DNA of 64,000 nt from an uncultured virus (IMG/VR IMGVR_UViG_3300034023_001061) (lineage: Duplodnaviria; Heunggongvirae; Uroviricota; Caudoviricetes). The stretch lies in the IMG/VR virus record IMGVR_UViG_3300034023_001061. One strand, given 5' to 3'. Under the pieces are notes generated by a model that did no database searches, was not told where the DNA came from, and saw only the letters and a list, made by a program, of their open reading frames with translations. Positions 60,246-64,000 of this stretch are shown here, in pieces; position 1 is the stretch's first letter; each line of letters starts with the position of its first letter. Made by a program: the position numbers and the translations under genes.

Positions 60246-60595
60246 CAGCGGCTCCTCGGGAGCACAACCGGCATCTTCCGCTCGGCGACCTTCACCATCG
60301 ACGCGGGCACGAGCATCGTTCGGAACACGCGCTTCGCGTTGTCGAGCGCCTCACCCTCCGCGCGCGAGAGCACCGTGCTGTTCCTCTCGTGCCTACGCTG
60401 GAACTCGTCGATCGCCTTCGCGAGCATCACCGCCTCGTCGCGAACGTTCTCGTAATGGTTGTAGTCTTCGGGCGAGAGACGGAACTCGCGCGCTTCGAGC
60501 CAGCGGTAGAACGTTCGCGGCGCGATGAACTCGCCGGGTGCGGGTTCGATCGAGTTGCGGACGGAGCGGCGGACGGTACGCTTCTTGGATTGCAT
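60245..60595 (-). CDS. hypothetical protein with RRSVRNS leader
   Basis: MQSKKRTVRRSVRNS; TTGACG-17-TAGCGT-10-ATG. Confidence 0.7.
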   Translation of the reverse strand: MQSKKRTVRRSVRNSIEPAPGEFIAPRTFYRWLEAREFRLSPEDYNHYENVRDEAVMLAKAIDEFQRRHERNSTVLSRAEGEALDNAKRVFRTMLVPASMVKVAERKMPVVLPRSR

Positions 60596-60647
60596 TGTGC
60601 TCCACACGCTACACTTCGAGGGATTGATCGTCAACGGCAACGTTCGC

Positions 60648-63600
60648 TCACGGCGTCACCGTCGTGCCGTACACGGCGGCTTCGTCGCGGAGCGCGCGAC
60701 GGAACTTCTCGCGGTACGCCACCCACGCCGGGTCCGTCTCGCTCGGTTTGTCGTGGTGACCGTCGAGCCACCACGCCATCAAGGCGAGGCAGTCGACGTG
60801 GAAGTCGTGCTTCACGTTCGCGGCGTCGCGACGCTTCACGCTGTTCGTCACGCACGGCTCGCCGCACTCGGTACAGGTTGCGTGCTTGCTCACGTCGCCG
60901 CCAGTGCGGCGAGTTCCGCGCGCAGTGCCGCCGCCTCCTCGTCGAGCAGTGCGAGTCGCAATTTGATTTCGCCCGCGCGCACTTTTGCCCACACGGCATC
61001 GACGGTGAGATCGTGCGTCTTGTGGTCTCTCAGCACGTACATCGCAGTCACGATCGGGCGGGGCACGCCTTCGCGAACGAACGTGTCGAGCGAGCGGTAG
61101 CGGCGGTAGGCGTCGGCGTAGCGGCGCTCCGCGAGAAGGTCCGCGAGCACCCGGAGGTTGATCGCGTCGGCCTTCGACCCGCCCGCCTCGTCGCTATCGG
61201 CCACTTCGCGCAGTTGCCGCAGGAGCGGCGACGTTTCGCCGGTTGTGTTCGTTTCCATCGAGCCTCCGACGTGCCCACGCGGTCGGCTATTCACCGCGTC
61301 CTGTAGCACCAGCGCGGAACGCGGTACAGGTAGTCGGTCCCCCACTCGTCGCGCATGGTGATATTGTCGCTGTACCACGACACTCGCGTGATCGTGATGA
61401 ACGTCCCGACGCCGAGCACGGTGCCCTTCGCGATGTTCTCGAAAATGGCCGCGCGGCGACCGAACCACCGCTGGCCGATGCCCCACGTATGCAGAAACTC
61501 GATCGCCGTCGGGTGCCTCGCGGGGTCGCTTCCGAGACGCCTAGCGACCGCTGCGATGGCATCGCGTGCGCCGTCGCGGGCGCCGATCGCGAGGAGCAAC
61601 TCTTCGAGCGTGCGCGGGTCGTCCGCGGTGCGATAGGCGGTGGTCACGACGAACGCGACGTGCTCTCGAACGTGAGTTTCCACGATCCACCCTCCGGCGT
61701 TACCCACGCTTGCGTGCCGTGGAACAGCCCGTAGAACTGCGCAGCGCCTCCGCGCTCGCGGAACCCGACAACGGTCATGAAACTGCCGTGCACGAACCGT
61801 CGCTCGCGATCGGCGGTATAGAAGCCATCGCTGCGCGTGACCGCCTCGCACTTGTACAGCGGGCTCTCCGTGGAGACCCCGAGTTTCGCGAGCGCATGAA
61901 CCTCGTCTGCGGTCGTCACTGAAAACTTGCCGGTAATCATGGTTTCGTCTCCATTGACGCGAGCAACGTTCGGCTCGCTTCGGTGAGTGCGATGTACGTT
62001 GTCCATCGGTCGCGGGACCAGACGTGCAACAGCCCGCGGCGCGTCAACGCCTTCGCAGTGGTCGCCGCGCCGAGTCGGTAGGGGCAACCAGCGATGCCGT
62101 TCGGTTGCTTCGCGAGCCACCGCAGCATCGCCAGCATCTTCGGTGTGACGGGCACGCTCACCGCGCCGACGCGAGCGCAGCACGGCCCGCGTCGGTCAAC
62201 CACACGCCCTCGCTGTTGACGATGCCGAAGCCATCACTCCCAATCTTCTCGGGGCCGCGGAGGATAAGTCCGCGTCTCAGGCACGCCCTCTTCGCGTTTA
62301 CGTTGAGCGATGGGTGCGCGTAATACTTGCCGCGATTTCCCTCGCGTTCGATGGAGCGCAGCACCTTGAGCATCGCAGGCGTGAGTTTCATGGTGACCCT
62401 TATACGCCGCGAGGGCGCTGGTTCTATCGCGCAATCGGCGGCGCTACACGCGACCGACGGTGCGCTCGGTGACCCACTTCTGCGTGAGAAGATCGAAACG
62501 CTGGATCTTCGCGCCCTTGTTGCCGTTGATGCCCTCGCGCACGATCCAGAGGGCGTCGCCCTCCGCGCGCCAAGCGTTTTCGCGCGTCGGAGCGTGAGAG
62601 GGATAAGCCCCGACGCCCACCGCGCGCCACGCCTCGACGATGCGCGGTACGCGGTGACCGCTCCCCTCGCAGGAACCGTCGCGCTTCTGCTGCGGACCGC
62701 GCCCGAGCGACTCCTGCCACGAGGCGCGACGGAGCGTCCCGCCGTGCTTGCGAAGCGCGAGGATGTTGTGCCCCGCTACCTCCTGCGTGGCGATCATCTT
62801 CTGGCACACGGGGCACTCGCGGCGATCGGGTGTCTTGCTCATGGTGCGCATCATACGCCACGAGTTCGCCAGTTCTCTACGGCGCCGCGCCGATTTACTT
62901 CACCCCGATCAACTTCGCCGCCGCCTCGACGCACACCGGGTCGCTTCCGTTGACGGAGTAGAGCGGCACGGCGACGACTCGGAGGTTGTAGCGCACCACA
63001 CGATGCCCCACCTCGCCGGGGTAGTATCGCCCCTCCCCGTTCTCGATCACGAGGCGCACGTCGTCGACCTTGCGCATGAACGTCTCCGTCGTCGCGCAAG
63101 CGATCGCTCGACGCAGACGCACGTCGCCGTCCCACCCGAAGCGCGCGGCCTCCGCCGCGTCGATCACCACGCCGCTGCGCATCCCGCGGGCTCGCTCGCT
63201 CGGGCATTCACGGCGCCGTGTGAGGTAGCGACCGTTCTCGACGCGAACGATCACGATGTTGCTGTTCGCCATGCCGACGACCGGCGCGACGTGCCCGACG
63301 ATGGCGCGGTAGTCGCCGCTGTACGTGTCCACCACGTCGAGCCACGCCGGTCCCGGCAGGCCGACTCGCCGCGCCACCGTCTCGTGCTGTTCGTCGCTCT
63401 TCTTGCGCTGCTCGCTTGCCATGATTGCTCGGTTCCCTTCTGCGCAGTCGTTTCTCAGTCGTCCGCGGGCGGGGTCACTGCACGCACCGTGCGGCATCAA
63501 TCGCCACGCCGAGGAGGTTCGCGAGCGCCACCAGCGCCTCGACTTCGGTCGCTCGCTCGGTCTGAGCCAACGAGTGTCCGGTCTCGTCGCCCTGCACCGA

Positions 63601-63951
63601 CGCGAGCCATCGACCACTCGGGTAGCGGTGCGTTCCAACCGGCTTGAGGCCCCTCACCTTCATCGCCGCGTTGATGCTCGCCTTGAGCATCGCGATGCCC
63701 CTCACGTCGTCGGCGCCACGTTCGATCCTCGCCCTCACGTCGGCCTCGGTGAGTTCGCTCGTGACCACCACGCGCTTCGGGTCGAAGCCTTCGACGCCGT
63801 GCACCTCGCAGTACGTCATCCCACTGCCGTACGTCCCGCAATCGACGCGTCCCTTGCGCCCGCAGTCGAGGCACGTATTCACTCCATCACCGCGTTCGTC
63901 GATCCACACGTTGTCACCCTCCTCGCAGCGAACGTTTCGCCGCGCTTGCAC
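60648..63951 (-). CDS. cluster of small hypothetical genes (e.g. 60648-60893, 60890-61258, 61937-62161, 62158-62391, 62444-62842, 62895-63422, 63475-63951)
   Basis: minus-strand codon bias; class B motifs near 62398 and 62852. Confidence 0.5.
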
Positions 63952-64000
63952 CGACCACTATGACCGTCTCCGTTCCGCTGCTTGCTAGGCCGTTGCGGTC

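Noticed and set aside
33678..62897. Class B repeats as a CRISPR array or integron attC sites
   Set aside because: They are degenerate, non-palindromic and separated by whole genes, with fixed spacing to start codons, which fits promoters better.
1..64000. tRNA, rRNA or tmRNA genes
   Set aside because: No cloverleaf with a T-loop in intergenic space was seen by eye; a tRNAscan-SE run would settle it.

Overview
A high-GC, densely packed segment of what looks like a large virus or virus-like element. A myxobacterial-type host is a guess from the GC content and a PEGA-like protein. No capsid, terminase, DNA polymerase, rRNA, tRNA or CRISPR array was recognised in the window. Recognisable genes: two CX5R phosphatases next to a T4 Rnl1-type RNA ligase, an HNH homing endonuclease, a probable endolysin, a GT2 glycosyltransferase, calpain-like and papain-like cysteine proteases, Fe/Mn SOD, an EEP nuclease/phosphatase, a TnpB, Pth2, DHFR, a tyrosine recombinase, three ADP-ribosyltransferase-fold proteins, two ParB-like proteins, a kinase-like protein and a histone-H1-like protein, among about 70 small hypothetical genes. 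The most interesting patterns are not gene labels. (1) About a dozen unrelated proteins share an Arg/Lys-rich peptide ending in R-R-S-x-R-N-[G/P], found at termini and at domain junctions; this may be a packaging or maturation-cleavage tag for effector cargo. (2) A second group of mostly membrane-anchored proteins shares an N-terminal N-x(2-3)-L-L-x-T-Y-G leader and R-x-A-G motifs. (3) Two repeated promoter-like motifs, each 4-10 nt before start codons, sort the genes into two apparent regulons. All family calls are by eye from motifs; no database search was run.
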